DNA of 63,494 nt, filler included, from Neolecta irregularis DAH-3 (lineage: Eukaryota), in the NCBI GenBank assembly GCA_001929475.1. It is 14 parts of 14 records of this genome, joined end to end, with 100 filler letters (N's around TTAATTAATTAA, not from the genome) between each part and the next. Parts side by side here need not be neighbours in the genome. Positions count along the whole stretch, not along the records: positions 7,750 to 29,080 come from LXFE01000587.1; 13 more parts are not named here. One strand, given 5' to 3'. The position numbers and the translations under genes were made by a program. The notes below the pieces were generated by a model. It worked only from the letters and a program-made list of their open reading frames with translations, made no database searches and was not told the origin of the DNA. Below are positions 11,101 through 26,360 of the stretch, piece after piece (within the stretch, counting starts at the first letter, position 1; every line of letters begins with the position of its first letter).

Positions 11101-12256
11101 ATGCTCAAGTTACAGAGAATGTTAATGAACGGAAACGGGCAGCTAGTCAAGTTCACAAACAAGTCAATATCGTCTCGAAGCAGATTCTAGCGCTACATGC
11201 CCAAGTTGAAAGATTGATGTCTGAGAGGTACGCGGTACTTCGAAAATGCAAATTAGAAGAGATCGCTATCCCCCTGGTATCTGGATCCCTTGACAACATC
11301 CCAATCGATGAGGTATAACTTTTTGTCCTGGATATTAACGAGTAGGTGTTACCTAGTGAGGATATCCTGCAATCTCCCGACTGGGGCATTGAAATTGATT
11401 TTGATGAATTGGACGATGACTTGAAGCAAGTACGGTCCTCTCTCGGCGTAGCTTGACATTCAGAATGGCTCAGAAAATCAGGAGCAGGATTTAATTGCGC
11501 AGATAACAGCTTTAACAAATGAACTCCAGACGGCGCCAAATATGAAAGCGATAGATCGCCTTCAGGGTGTAGAGTCCAAGCTACACACCCTCGAGAAAGA
11601 CTTTGACAAGTCTCGGAGAGCCGCGAAGATAACAAAGGACAAATTCAACACCGTTAGACGGAAGAGGTGCAATCTTGTGGTGTCCATCTAACAGTAGGTT
11701 GACCGCATTTCGCAAGGCATTCGAGCACATTAGCGAACAGATTGATCAGATTTACAAAGATCTCACCAAAACTATAGCATTCCCACTTGGTGGTACCGCC
11801 TATCTCAGCTTGGAAGATGAACAAGTATTTCTTGCAAGAGTTCTTTTTAACGTTCAGGAACCTTATCTCGACGGAGTCAAATATCATGCTATGCCGCCCA
11901 TGAAGCGATTCCGGGACATGGACCAACTTTCAGGAGGCGAGAAAACAATGGCAGCATTGGCGCTCCTCTTTGCCGTCCACTCATACCAGCCATCCCCGTT
12001 CTTTGTTTTAGATGAAATTGATGCTGCCCTAGACAATACAAACGTCGCCAAAATTGCTGCATATATCAAGGAACACGCCGGTCCGGGATTTCAGTTCGTC
12101 GTCATCAGTCTCAAGAATGGATTATTCCACCAGTCCGATGCTCTAGTTGGTATTTACAGAGAACAACAGCAAAACAGCTCGAAATGCTTAACATTAGACG
12201 TAAGATCATATTAATCAAAACTGAACATCTAGTTGCGGAAATATGATACTATCTAA
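8185..12256 (+). CDS. SMC1: Cohesin subunit SMC1 (Psm1), about 15 exons
   Basis: MGRLLHLELSNFKSY, Walker A GPNGAGKSNLMDAISFVLG, ARNFLVFQGDVE, hinge GVKGRIVDLC..TFIPLD, LSGGEKTMAALALLFA, FFVLDEIDAALD; 14 introns of 31-34 nt restore the frame. Confidence 0.97.
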
Positions 12257-12377
12257 TTGTTGACCCTATTTGCATGTATTTTATAGTAGAATTCATTGTA
12301 ATCTGTATTTGTCTTGTGGCATATCCACGTCAGCGCTTTGACTGCACCTGACCCATTTCGCGTCTTACTCTCCACAA

Positions 12378-15012
<2,635 letters not shown>

Positions 15013-15217
15013 GTCTAATCCAGCGAATAGACATGTTTTAATGGTGCGAGAATAAAAGAAAAAATAAAGAATACCCGCCATTCCTTGGTGGCTGGTGCAG
15101 CAAGCCTTTTCTCGCGTTTCCTTGCCCTTGCATCTACCTCGAACTGCTGCATGCCAGCCCAACCCGCCTCCTCTTGCCCTTTATCTTCTCGGCCTCTGCC
15201 TCCCAATTGCTAATCCA

Positions 15218-15655
15218 ATGGCTGCTCTCGTATTGCCTTGTACTCCAAAGTCTGTCTCTATCTCTACACTACCCCACAACCTCCGCAGATCCCCTACCTC
15301 CACAAACCTTATCACTCAGTTCCTCGACCTGTCCTATCCCCGCCACAGAGACGTCCGCGTGCGTCTAAACATCTCCATCGACCGACATCCCGCACTGCAG
15401 CGCTCAACAGAAATATTGTTTGACCGCACAAAACGTCTAGTCCAGCTCATCGGCGAAATTGAACGAGCCTTTGGAATTGCATCCACAAGTATCGGCAAAG
15501 GAGCCATTTCAAACTCCAACATTGTCTTGAAAATTATGGACTCCAATGGTCGTCTTCTACTACAGAATTCACGTCTAGGTGAAAGAATATTCGAGAGATG
15601 TAGAGGAGGGCAGGAAACATTGTCATTAAGTGTCATCGTATCTCATGTGAGATAG
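15218..15655 (+). CDS. Hypothetical protein (~145 aa)
   Basis: Uninterrupted ORF from first ATG filling the SEC23-PHO13 gap; no recognised motif. Confidence 0.5.
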   Translation: MAALVLPCTPKSVSISTLPHNLRRSPTSTNLITQFLDLSYPRHRDVRVRLNISIDRHPALQRSTEILFDRTKRLVQLIGEIERAFGIASTSIGKGAISNSNIVLKIMDSNGRLLLQNSRLGERIFERCRGGQETLSLSVIVSHVR

Positions 15656-15697
15656 CTTAGCTGGTCTATTGCGAGACTTCTATATAGAACTATACAA

Positions 15698-16762
15698 TTA
15701 TACATTTCCTTTGTCATCCACTTGATATAAATCTCCAATTTGATTGATGTAGAAATCTGGGAGGATCTTTGCATCATCCGCGAGAATTTCTCTTTCAGTT
15801 GAAACGCCGGTTAGCACCAAGAGACTTTTAATGTTGCTGTTCTTTGCAAATCTACATGTAAGATCGTGTGTGGTGGAATTCCGCACAAAATATCTGTATC
15901 TAGACGGTCACCAATAAATACGGCCTTTTCTTTATCAAACTTGAGTTTGGCCTCGATGCAATCCATCATCGTACTGTATGGTTTTCCAAGAGACTTTGGG
16001 GTTCGCCCGGTAGAGAATGTCAATGACGAAGAAATTGACCCAGCGCCAGGGAATTTCTTGCCATGTGAAGGATAGGTTGAGTCATCGTTCGTGAGAAGAA
16101 ATAACGTTTTGGAATTTTGAAGATATGTGAAAGCTTTACAGAGTTTCAAATAGTTGAAATGAAAGTCAATTCCGCAAAGTACTGCTCCAATCTTTCTATC
16201 AGATAAAAATTGCAATGGATATTACCGAAGGATCTTGATCAAATGTCTCAAAGTCTTCAGCCGTCATTGGTTGACGGTCATTTGGATCCTACATAAAAAG
16301 TCTGGATGTAGACCAAAGATTGGGCATACCGTTCCTCCGCAATGTGCTATTCCCTCTGCGTCGAGTTCAGCTTCGATTCCTTCCTCGCCGACCACATAGA
16401 CTTTCTGCTCACTTGGAAATTTGACAACCTGTTTGAGATAAACTGCGGCTGCATATGCCGATCCAAAAATTTCGTCCTGATCATCATTACTAAAATCACG
16501 TGTATTGATCAACTTCTTCGGCTGGTATCTCATGTGATTCAAGTTTCTTCTTGTAGCTCTTGCGGGACTTTGAGCTATTGTTCGTGACGAATATGATGCG
16601 CTTTCCTCGCTTTTTCAACAGATCAAGAGTTTCCCGAGTCCTTGGTAACAATGTATTTCCATGCCATAAAACGCCATCACAATCGAAAAGAAAGGTTTCA
16701 AACGAATCAAGAAACTTGTTATAGTCGTCAACGTTTTGGAGTTTTTTTAATTTGGTCCACAT
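15698..16762 (-). CDS. PHO13: HAD-IIA 4-nitrophenylphosphatase / phosphoglycolate phosphatase
   Basis: FLFDCDGVLW, IFVTNNSSKSR, LGKP, FIGDRLDTDI, LVLTGVST; four introns of 34-41 nt. Confidence 0.93.
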
Positions 16763-16970
16763 TCAAGTTGTAGATAAGTCACAGATTAGCCCACGCAGGG
16801 AGAAACCCCACTTTGCATACCTACAGAAAAGGAAACAATAGAAATACTATGCTAATGGAAATAAAATAGAGTGGAAAGAAGATATAACAAAAAGAAGAGC
16901 CCGTTCCTAGAATAGATGAAGATGTGCAGGTCTAAAAATAACAACCCAATGTACAACTATCACTCCGCTT

Positions 16971-19123
16971 TTAGTTTTGAGACCACAAATCATGGCGAGA
17001 TGATTCTGTCTTCAAATTGCGTGAGGGGAGATTCGGCGAGGAGCGATTATCATCTCGATACTTGGTTTTGAATTGTGCTACAAGAGAAATGTGACTATAT
17101 TGTTAAGTGGAGTAATGGAGAAGTTGACATACTCGCTCGGAAAATGTGCATTTGGAAAGCCAACAACTTTCTCCAGATATTCTTTGTTAACTTCCCCAAC
17201 CAAACCAGAGACTTGTAGAGAATTTGTAGAGTACCAGATATAATCAATAACGCCGCTAAAGTTTGGCGTGTAATTCGTAAAACTAAGTTCTCCGACATTC
17301 GAATAGGCGCTTTTGAGCTTGAATGGATGTGTCATTCCGTGGGCCGTGTAAAGACCATATGCTTTATTCATAAAGTCATCATGATCTCGTGTAATATTAC
17401 CCCGTGCAAGGTACTCGTAGACTCCACTTTCAGGAATCGAGTTGAAATCTCCGCATATAATCACAGGAATATCTGTACCTTCGCGATACATTGGTGGGCT
17501 GGGTGGAAGATTTGACTTGGGCTGAGAACCAGGTTGCTTGAAATACTTCGTATTAAGAGTATTATCCGCGAATTTTCTCAATTGCTCCATAAGCAGTGCC
17601 ACCTGAAGTAACTTGACGTCTTTGAACTGAGGGTCCCAATGGACATGTGCGTTCCCAGCTATTAGACGCGCTCCAGTTTGTTGATTTTCCAGCAATAATA
17701 GTACAGCTACATTGTCTCTAGGCATCATTCGATTAAAGAAGTCTTCGTTTTTCTTGAGATCTTCGTTGGCCATAGCAAGTTCCGTGAAATCGAGCAGTGC
17801 TTTATCCAATAGAGTGAAGCTTAAAGGTTATTATCTATTGATGATGGGATCATTTACCGTGTAGTCTTATAAAATGTCGCGCATCCATCTACAGCCTTTC
17901 TTGCTACCGCGTCTTGAAGTTTTGCTCGGCCTTTTTGATAGTAGACACCTACATAGCCCAAATCTTTTAATGCAGGCAAAAAAAGTTTCCCATAGCTACC
18001 CTCATCGACTTCCTTGGCAATCAGTCACAGTCGATGATATGCTTCCATACTTGTAGACAAATAACATCGGTATCGTACTCCTTGAGCTCCCTTAAAATAT
18101 TTTCTTGTCGGTATTCCCACGCCAAAGCCCATTTAGGAGTATATCCATACATAGCTGCCGTAGCATATCTCTCGCAAAGAATATTGTAACACAGTACAGA
18201 AAACTGGTCTGAGACGCTTCCATCGGCACTTTTTTTGGAATCTGTTATCTGCATCCAGTCTCGGGGTGGTGGAGGAGTTGTTATTGGAGGATCTCGGGTT
18301 TTAGTAGAGAACGAACATCGAGCATACCAGGCCTGAAATCCCGAAGGCCATGTATCACGCCTTTTGTGCCATCCTTGATTAACCAATCTTTTATGACGGG
18401 ATCAAGAGGATTCCCTTCCAGACCCAGAAATTCAAGTTGGTATAGTGAGCCTAATTCGAACGGCAGGCACGCTAGCTCGTTGTCGAAAAGAAGAAGAGAT
18501 TTGAGATTCGTCAGCCGTCCTAATTCCCCAGGTAAGTCTGCAAGTTGATTCCCGGATAAATCAAGTTCTCGTAGTCGTCTGAGTGAAGCGATAGCTGGAG
18601 GTAGATACCGCAATTTATTGTGACATAGATATAAGACCGTCAAATGATCATATCTGAACAGTTCTGTCGATAGCGAGCTGAACCCCACACCGCCCATATC
18701 AAGAACTGTCCAAGGTTGGTTTTCTGCATTATCTGCAACTTCTTCGACAGGCGGACCTTCTTTCCTCTGAGCTATATTATTGGTAGTTTTTGAGTTTGCT
18801 GGATCGAATGTGGGAACCGTGGTTGAACGAACGGGTTGTTGAGCCGCCGCTCTTGCGTGGTGATGGGTACCGCTGGTCTGCCGTGAAGCTTGAGCGTGTT
18901 GCTGCTGGTCTTGCCAGTGTGGAGATGCATTAATACTGGGGTTTTGTGGAGCTGTGAGAGGACTAGGAGTTGGACTGAATGTATTGAATATGGAATTAGA
19001 GAGGAGATTTGTGGACGTATTGTAATGATGGTGTGGGTGTAGTGGATGACCGTTGGTTGCTATGTGCGGTGATTCTCCAGTATGCTGCATGAACTTTGAT
19101 GCCATCGGAGATGGATATGTCAT
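16971..19123 (-). CDS. CCR4: CCR4-NOT poly(A) deadenylase subunit (LRR + EEP nuclease)
   Basis: Leucine-rich repeats, YNILCERYAT..MYGYTPKWALAWEYR, HWDPQFKDVKL, CGDFNS, FTNYTPNFSGVIDYIWY, spliced FPSDH. Confidence 0.96.
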
Positions 19124-19516
19124 ATTGAGACGACAAGGCCGTAAGCCGAGGCAACTTAAGCGCGATCAAAACCAGCGGATGACGAGTGCAAGGTGAAATG
19201 GTAGAACGAGTAGAGGAAGTGAAGTCACAGGACTGGTGATTTGGTGGTGAGTCTGATACACATAGTAACTGAGAAAGAACAACTCGCAGTTGTTCGCGTA
19301 TTCAGGAAGCAATATATGACGTTCGCATCCACTTGATGATACAAGGCGACACTGAGCCTAATATCTTAAGGAAGAGGAGGCAGGTAGAAACGGCAACATG
19401 TTTATCGCACATCCCGGCACAGTAGTGCAAAACAGGGAATTAAGACTGACGCTAAAATTTCCTATAAATCAACCTAGATATCCCTTTGTTTCTGTAATAT
19501 TCCAGTCTACGCAACA

Positions 19517-20779
19517 ATGACCACCATGCTGAGCTCATCCCATGTGTACAATCGTAATCTGTCGACAAAACACGGAGGTGGGCAAAGCATTTTTGCTTGG
19601 AGAGAAGGTCGAAGGTACCATAACGATAAAGATGCGGTCTATCCTCTGCCGTGCGATCTTCGGGAGCTGGACAGGTGCGTTTATTTCACTAACATATATG
19701 CTTATCTTTTATTAGAATGAATTTCACCCACTATCTATTTCATCACATATTCAACAAGCATTTCGTTGCCCCTTTTCACGATCCCGAGAGTGCACCAAAA
19801 AAGGTCTTGGATGTTGGATGCGGCACAGGGGTTTGGATTCTTGAGGCAGATAAAGCCTTTAAACAGATGGCATCTTCTCTTAGGGAGAGAGAATATATCT
19901 CACAGTTCAGGGATGTCACGACGTGGAATTTGTCGGAGTAGATCTTGTGGACATCCAGATGGCCATGCCTCCCGGGGTTAATGTGAGAATGACGGAAATA
20001 TTATTCGACACTGACCATAAAGGTCAAGTTCTTACATTGCAATATGCTTTCTATTGGTCTTCCATTCCCGGATGAGACCTTTGATTATGTCAACCTGCAC
20101 TTTACCGGTTTATGTTACAACGAAAGCAACCATCATATTGTACTAGATGAGATATTCCGGGTCCTAAAGCCGGGCGGCATCTACGAATTGGTAATTTCAT
20201 TTATTCCTATTCGCTGATTTTGCTAGGTTTGCAGTATCTTATTCAATCGTGAGAATTTGCTCAACTGACCTGATAAGCCAACAATCGCCTCGTAGAAGGC
20301 GTTAATTCGACGAAAGAAATTTCAAATATCACAGCTGGTACAACACAAACGAAAGAACCAACGTTTCCCTTTGTTGAGAAATTGAACCGGTGGGTCACCG
20401 CCGGCTTGACGAGCAAATCTATAACTGTAAGCTTCATAGGTGTATTTTTGAGGGTTGATGGTAGGTCAACCCTTGCAGTGTAGTCAATCTCCTCTTTAGT
20501 GGATACCGCGAAGAAATCGAAGAATATCATGGCAATAGGTTACTGGTGCCACTCGACTGCTCCCAATATGGTCTCGGGCGACTTACACTCGCCACCTTTT
20601 GTGTGACTGAAGCAGAAACTCTTCTTGAATCGATTAAAGCAGATATGAAGGATCATCCTGACTTTGACAGCGAAGAGTTTACGAAATGGAAATATTCGAT
20701 TCCCGACCAGATCCCTAAAGTGGTTGCAGAGAACATTTGCTACGAGATTGGTGCATGGTGGATGCGGAAGAAGATGTAG
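19517..20779 (+). CDS. LaeA/UMTA-like SAM-dependent methyltransferase
   Basis: GRRYH....YPLPCDLRELDR, KVLDVGCGTGVW, VEFVGVDL, LPFPDETFDYV, IFRVLKPGG across short introns. Confidence 0.85.
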
Positions 20780-20879
20780 AATATGTGACTTTATGTTGAA
20801 CTTGAAGCATGCAGGTTGTAGCCAGACATTGCTAGTGGTAATTGGTTCTATAGATTGTTGATTGGTGAGCCAGTTGCTT

Positions 20880-21155
20880 GGACTAAGTGGGCTTTTCTGA
20901 GGGTCCGGCCCAGCCCATGGGCCGCAAGGCCGGGTCTAACATGTAACAACCATTTGGGTGGTGGCTTGCAGGGCATAGATGGGCAGGGCAGGAATATGTT
21001 AAAAAGCAATAGGAAAGCGGAAAGGGAGGAGACATGGGAGGAGAAGGGCTACATAGTATTATTTAACATCACGTGAAAAAGCCTGTTTCGGCCGATGGGC
21101 TTTTAGCCGCGGGCTTTTCGCAGGCCAGGCTATGCCCATGGCCCGTCAATACAAA
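20880..21155. repeat. Transposon-end-like remnants rich in gggctttt / gcccatgg motifs; related motifs at 44958-45075
   Basis: Clustered short palindromic motifs (cccatggg, aaaagccc/gggctttt) in intergenic DNA. Confidence 0.4.
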
Positions 21156-21831
21156 AGAACAGCCCTTCTTGTAGCTGCCAGCAGCAGGCTGGCAACTACT
21201 ACAAAGAAAACAAGAACATAATAAGAGGATATACCTCAGATATTTGACATATGTGAAACATATCCAAGACATGATTAGTTGGCCCTTACAATTGCAAGAC
21301 TTGCACCTCAAATCCAAATGTGATTAAATTGGGTAATTGAAGTCTGTTGCTGATTCTGTTTAAAATTGTGAGTAGCCATTAGGTACTTAGAGTGAAGGTC
21401 TTGGCATTGAAATTTGGGTTGGAGGTCAATATCTTGGTGGTGCCACAAACTGTGATCTGTTTACATTTGTCATAATTCTGTCTTATCAGATCCGGATAAG
21501 CCATGATTTCCACCACTCACCCAACTTTTTACTAGATGCGGACTTTAAGTTGCGTCATCCCAAGACAGAGCAATATTCCAATGTCTTGGACGATCGCGGC
21601 ACAAAATTACCAGCCTCTTTCTGTTTTCTGAAATGGCTGGCATGGCAACTGGTATTAAGTGGCCGCAGCTACCAAGAACCGGCAAAGCCATATCCGAATG
21701 CGTCAGATTCTCGAATTCACACAGATCTGTTCGTTTCATTCTTAACCCGGCTTGTAGCTCAATCTATTCGACTCTCTCACCACCTTGAAGCCGCCTTTGC
21801 ACTGCGTGTATTCTGATACGTTCTGTGAACT

Positions 21832-23400
21832 ATGGATTCCGTCAGACACCTCGTTGGAGCCTCGTTCTCAAACAAGACATCCCAGACAACCTGCAACCCA
21901 CCATTCCTCCACTATTTCTCAGGTGCTGGATCTCAGGGAGTCGGTGACGTTCAATCATTTTGTCTTGCCGATTGCTGCATTCCCTGTCCTCCCCAAGGTA
22001 TGGCAATTTGGTCGTCCGCTCTAATGGGTCGCAGAAACCTTTTTTGGCAAAACCTTCAATGACGGGCTGCATACAGTTGGTGAGCCTTCGGATTCTCATC
22101 GAGAGCGAATCTTACATAGTAGACTGGATCAACATGATTTCGCTGGGATTATGCATCTTACTTTTGATCAGCTTCGTCGTCCTCCCATCCTCAAAAACGT
22201 ATCGAAACCATTATCTAGTCGGCATCACACTATCATTTGCTACTCTCCATGCTACGAATTCCTTCGTTGCCACAAACTACAAGGCAACTGTTTGTAGCGA
22301 TACTATCACAATGGCAACCCAGTTTACCAGCTCGAGATGTTTCATCCAAGGTGCTATGTTTATTTGGGGACTACTTGCTTCAATAATATGGCGTATGGTT
22401 GGTTGCCTGCAACATACTGATGCTTTAGTGGGCCTTCGTATGATTGTCCTGCACCTGCAAATTGTGTACGCGTACATTGCGCCAGCAAAAGCAGAAAGAT
22501 TTGTTGTTCATTTCATTGGATGGGGAATTCCAACCATCTTTACCACAGTTGCTCTTGCAATGGGAAAAGTTCGCTTCGAACTCGGTCATGTCTGTGGTCC
22601 AACCATTAGTGATGGACTCGGCCTTTTGTGGATCCCGTTGATGATTTTCGCTGCTCCTCCAGCTATGTTACATGTATGTCAACATTTTGATGTTTGTAGT
22701 CTTGACATCTAGCTGTGGACATTGACAAAGATCGCCACCGTTATGCAAGTTGCTACTAGAGTCGAACCTATGGAAATGATCACAGATGATAAGGGCAATA
22801 TGTCAATTTCCAGTGTCCCTCGCTATGAATACAGAAAGGCTGGTGTTCGAGATATATTTCTAATGCAATGGCGAAGTATTTTTATTACTTTGTTCTGCAT
22901 GACTGTCGCTCTCTACTACGGGGTATGTGCGATCTTGTGACTTGCTAAGAGACGAGGGAAGCAACGTTATTCTCTTTAATCAGTTGAACAAGACTGCGGA
23001 GAATGTTCCTCACATTATCGCTTGGTTGACTTGTGGTCAGACTAATAACTACAACTTTACTAACTGTACTAAATTAGCAAAAAACATCCTTCCAATCTGG
23101 CGGTCACTCAGCGCAGATGCTCTCCGCTCAGTAATGGGCGTAGTACTGTTTGTTGTCGAAGCGCGAAGAAGCTTTTGGAGAGCCTGGAGCGAACTGGTAG
23201 TCATGCTCTACCGCAAGGCTTTGGGAAAGTCACACGCTATTGATGGATGGGAACACTACTACCATTTCAACAATGATCCTTTGTCAGGTGGAGAAGGAAA
23301 AGACACTGTGGTCGACGGAATGCGTATCCGCACAGTCTTGGATGAGAATGGAAGAACGACATACGAGATCTTTGCCGACGAAGATCTCCTAGGATTCTGA
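21832..23400 (+). CDS. 7-TM receptor of the fungal GprM / MG00532-like (class VII, Frizzled-like) GPCR family
   Basis: N-terminal CCIPCP, LLISFVVLPSSKTYRNHYL, C-x-D-x-IT loop, LRMIVLHLQI, GWGIP, VRFELGHVC, LWIPL, QWRSI; multiple hydrophobic helices. Confidence 0.8.
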
Positions 23401-23600
23401 TTATTCAATCTTGACCTTGTAAGATGCGTTCTTTAAACTGCTGGTGTTATCTTGTAATAATGTTTACTACTCTAATAAAATCGTTCCTAAACTGCACGTG
23501 TTTCCCAAAAAGTTCAGCTCCGACTACAGCCGAACATCAAGATACAGCGTTTGTAAATCACCAAAATTCTCTTTGCTAGTTGCTACCCCGCATCTTCCGG

Positions 23601-25902
23601 ATGGATCTCCAGAGCCATCTGGTTCAGCTTGAGCAGGCAAAAGCACTAGTCTCCCAGGATGCTCAGTATTACCCTGCGATAGTGTCCGGTGTCCTTCCTT
23701 TAGCCCAGAAGCCCGAAATCGAATTAAAAAGGTGGATTGCGGACTTTCTTAGGCAGACTTTTACCGATCCGAGACTGGAGAGTGATGAGAAGGAAGGGCT
23801 TGCAATCAGTTGTCTGGATACTATTCAGGCTCTCATAATGGAGGATGACCCGAAATTACTCAAACTCTTAATTCAATGCAGTGCTTTGATATACCAACTC
23901 ATATTTCGCTTCACGTACGCACGCCCAGTCTGTAGTCTGCAATAATTGATCACTTGACGTGTAGTTGCTCAAATACTGCGATTGGTAAGGATGTATGGGG
24001 AACAATGTCAAACATTAAATCACGAATCTTGCGTATATGGGACGAATCTACCAAAGGAGTACAAATTTCAAGCATTAAATTTGCTCAGAAAGTCATATTG
24101 TGTCAGACCCCGGGCATCAAGGATCCCAGAGTAAGTACCGTCCTATCTTTGATTATTGGGACTATAATGAATAAACTGCCTAGCTTGCTGATCGTTCCGA
24201 TATTTCACTGACTATTGTTCCACTCAACAATCCCGTCATTCCTCATGGTGTCTTGGAAGCAGAAGCGCAAGGTCTATTGGATCGCATGTTGTCCGTCTTT
24301 CAAGAACCTGCTCCGTAAGTGTATTCTAATCATCTGTGTAACTGACTTCATAGAAATTCTATAATCATCGAAGCTACCGTTAATGCATGCCCTCTTCTTG
24401 TTAAAACTCGAGTGACAGTATCCTCAAAAATTATCAACGCTATTCTGTCCTTCAACGTCGAAAATGTTACCAAAGATATTGTAGATCCAGTGGCGGCAAG
24501 GATGCGCTTTCGCTCAGTCGAAAAGACCATAAAGATTTTTCTTAGAAACATAATTATGTATTTGGGCGGCGGGCGCATATTGACTGACTCTCAGGACCAA
24601 TTCAGTTAATAATCTAGCCCCTCGTATACAACAGTATCTAGAAGGAAAACTTGCTCTAGTTCGTTTGCAGGTTGATGAATCTCGTAAGAGAGGAGCTTCT
24701 GAAATCAATGACGGAATAAGTAAGCGGTCGAAGAGAGAATCCAGTCAACAACCATTACCAACCATAACCTCCCTGATTGATCTATACACATTTGCGGATT
24801 CACAAGGGCCAGCTACTCTTTTCGATGTTTCGGCCCTTCCTGTGGACCTCGTCGTTCCTATTCTTTTGTCTGTGTTTGAGTCAGTCGATCCAGGCATATT
24901 ATCGAATCGTTTGGGAGTATGGTCTTGGATTTGGCTGCTAGTCTCATTCCTGTAGGAGTTGAATTCTCGACATTTAAAGTATCCCAATATCTTCGCTTCC
25001 GACACGGCGCCTTCGTTTATGAATCACGCTTTAGATTCCACTGTTAGCGAGCTGGGGCCCAATGGATTCGAATCTCATGGTGAAGCTGTTGAGCCAGACT
25101 TTGCCCGATTCGTCCTTCCAGAACCTGAAGATTCCAACCCTTCACAAACTTTTCAGGTTGCTCAAGAAGCAGTAGATAGGATATTCTTCGCTCTTCGAGA
25201 TTTCGAAAAATCAGGCCTTGAACCCGTCAAGCCGGTTCGCGTTGATCAGGTAGCCGCAGCAGTCACGAACAAAAATGTTTGGATTACCATATTGAGCCGT
25301 GTAACAACAAGGGGAATGCTCGGAGGGTCAAAGATCGAAGGATCAAACATCAATTTACCGAGCCCAATCTCCGAGATCTTGCGTGAGAAAATTCTTGCGT
25401 ATGTACTTTCATCTTTTCGAGAACGCCTAGATATAATGACTAAATGGCTGACCGAGGAATGGTATCACGATAAATTAAGCGACTCTAGAAATTATTATAT
25501 CTGGTCGCTCAAAGTGTTAGATGGCATCTTCCCTTTCTTGGACGGGGGAAAGGATGGACAACGCTATCTGATGCGGATATTATCAGATTTGCCAGAATTA
25601 ACCGTCGAAATGATCACCAAATTACGAGCATTATTGTTAGATCCAGCCCGTTGTCGCCTTGCTTCTACAGCAATGCAATATTTAATTCTTTTTCGGCCAC
25701 CAAATAGAAATATGTCCCTCGATTTAGCCGAAGATATGTATACTAACTGTATGTTCTCAGAATGGAAGGTTGGGCTTATGTAATAGATCCTGAAACAAGA
25801 ACTTCACTGGAGAAGTTGCTCAAAAGATGGAGGGGTGACGTGATTAAAAAGTTTCAAGGGGAAATACGCTCGTCAACACCTGCTGTCGAACCAATCGCTT
25901 AA
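23601..25902 (+). CDS. PTA1: mRNA cleavage/polyadenylation factor subunit Pta1 (symplekin N-terminal domain)
   Basis: IKFAQKVILCQTPGIKDPR, LEAEAQGLLDR, RSVEKTIKIFL, KWLTEEWYHD, QYLILFRPP. Confidence 0.88.
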
Positions 25903-26360
25903 TACAGACACCATGTCTTTGTAAATATGCAATGAACTAATACTGGATCAAAAGCTAGAACCGAATTTTAAGTATATCAAGTGATTGCGAATCAACTGCA
26001 AATTAATATAAGAAATAAAATATGCTAAAATTGTCTCTATAATGATAGGTATAGTAGAAAATGGAAGAGGAAACTGATATTGACAAAAAGTGTGCTTACT
26101 AACGGGCTGCAACTTTTCAACTTATGTCTTCCCTTCTAAGAATCTTTTGAAATTGAGAACTTTCAGTAAGCTGACTTCACTGGGCTCCGATGCGGAATGA
26201 ATCTCTAGCATGCTTGAACGTATTGTTTTAGGGAAGGTGTGTATATATCCACTTTTATTGATCACACCACTTAGCAAATGGGATTGAGCAAACTGTTAAT
26301 GGAGCGGCGATATATTTTTGAAGATTTCCTTATCTCTTGTATGAATTTCTCTAGTTGTAT

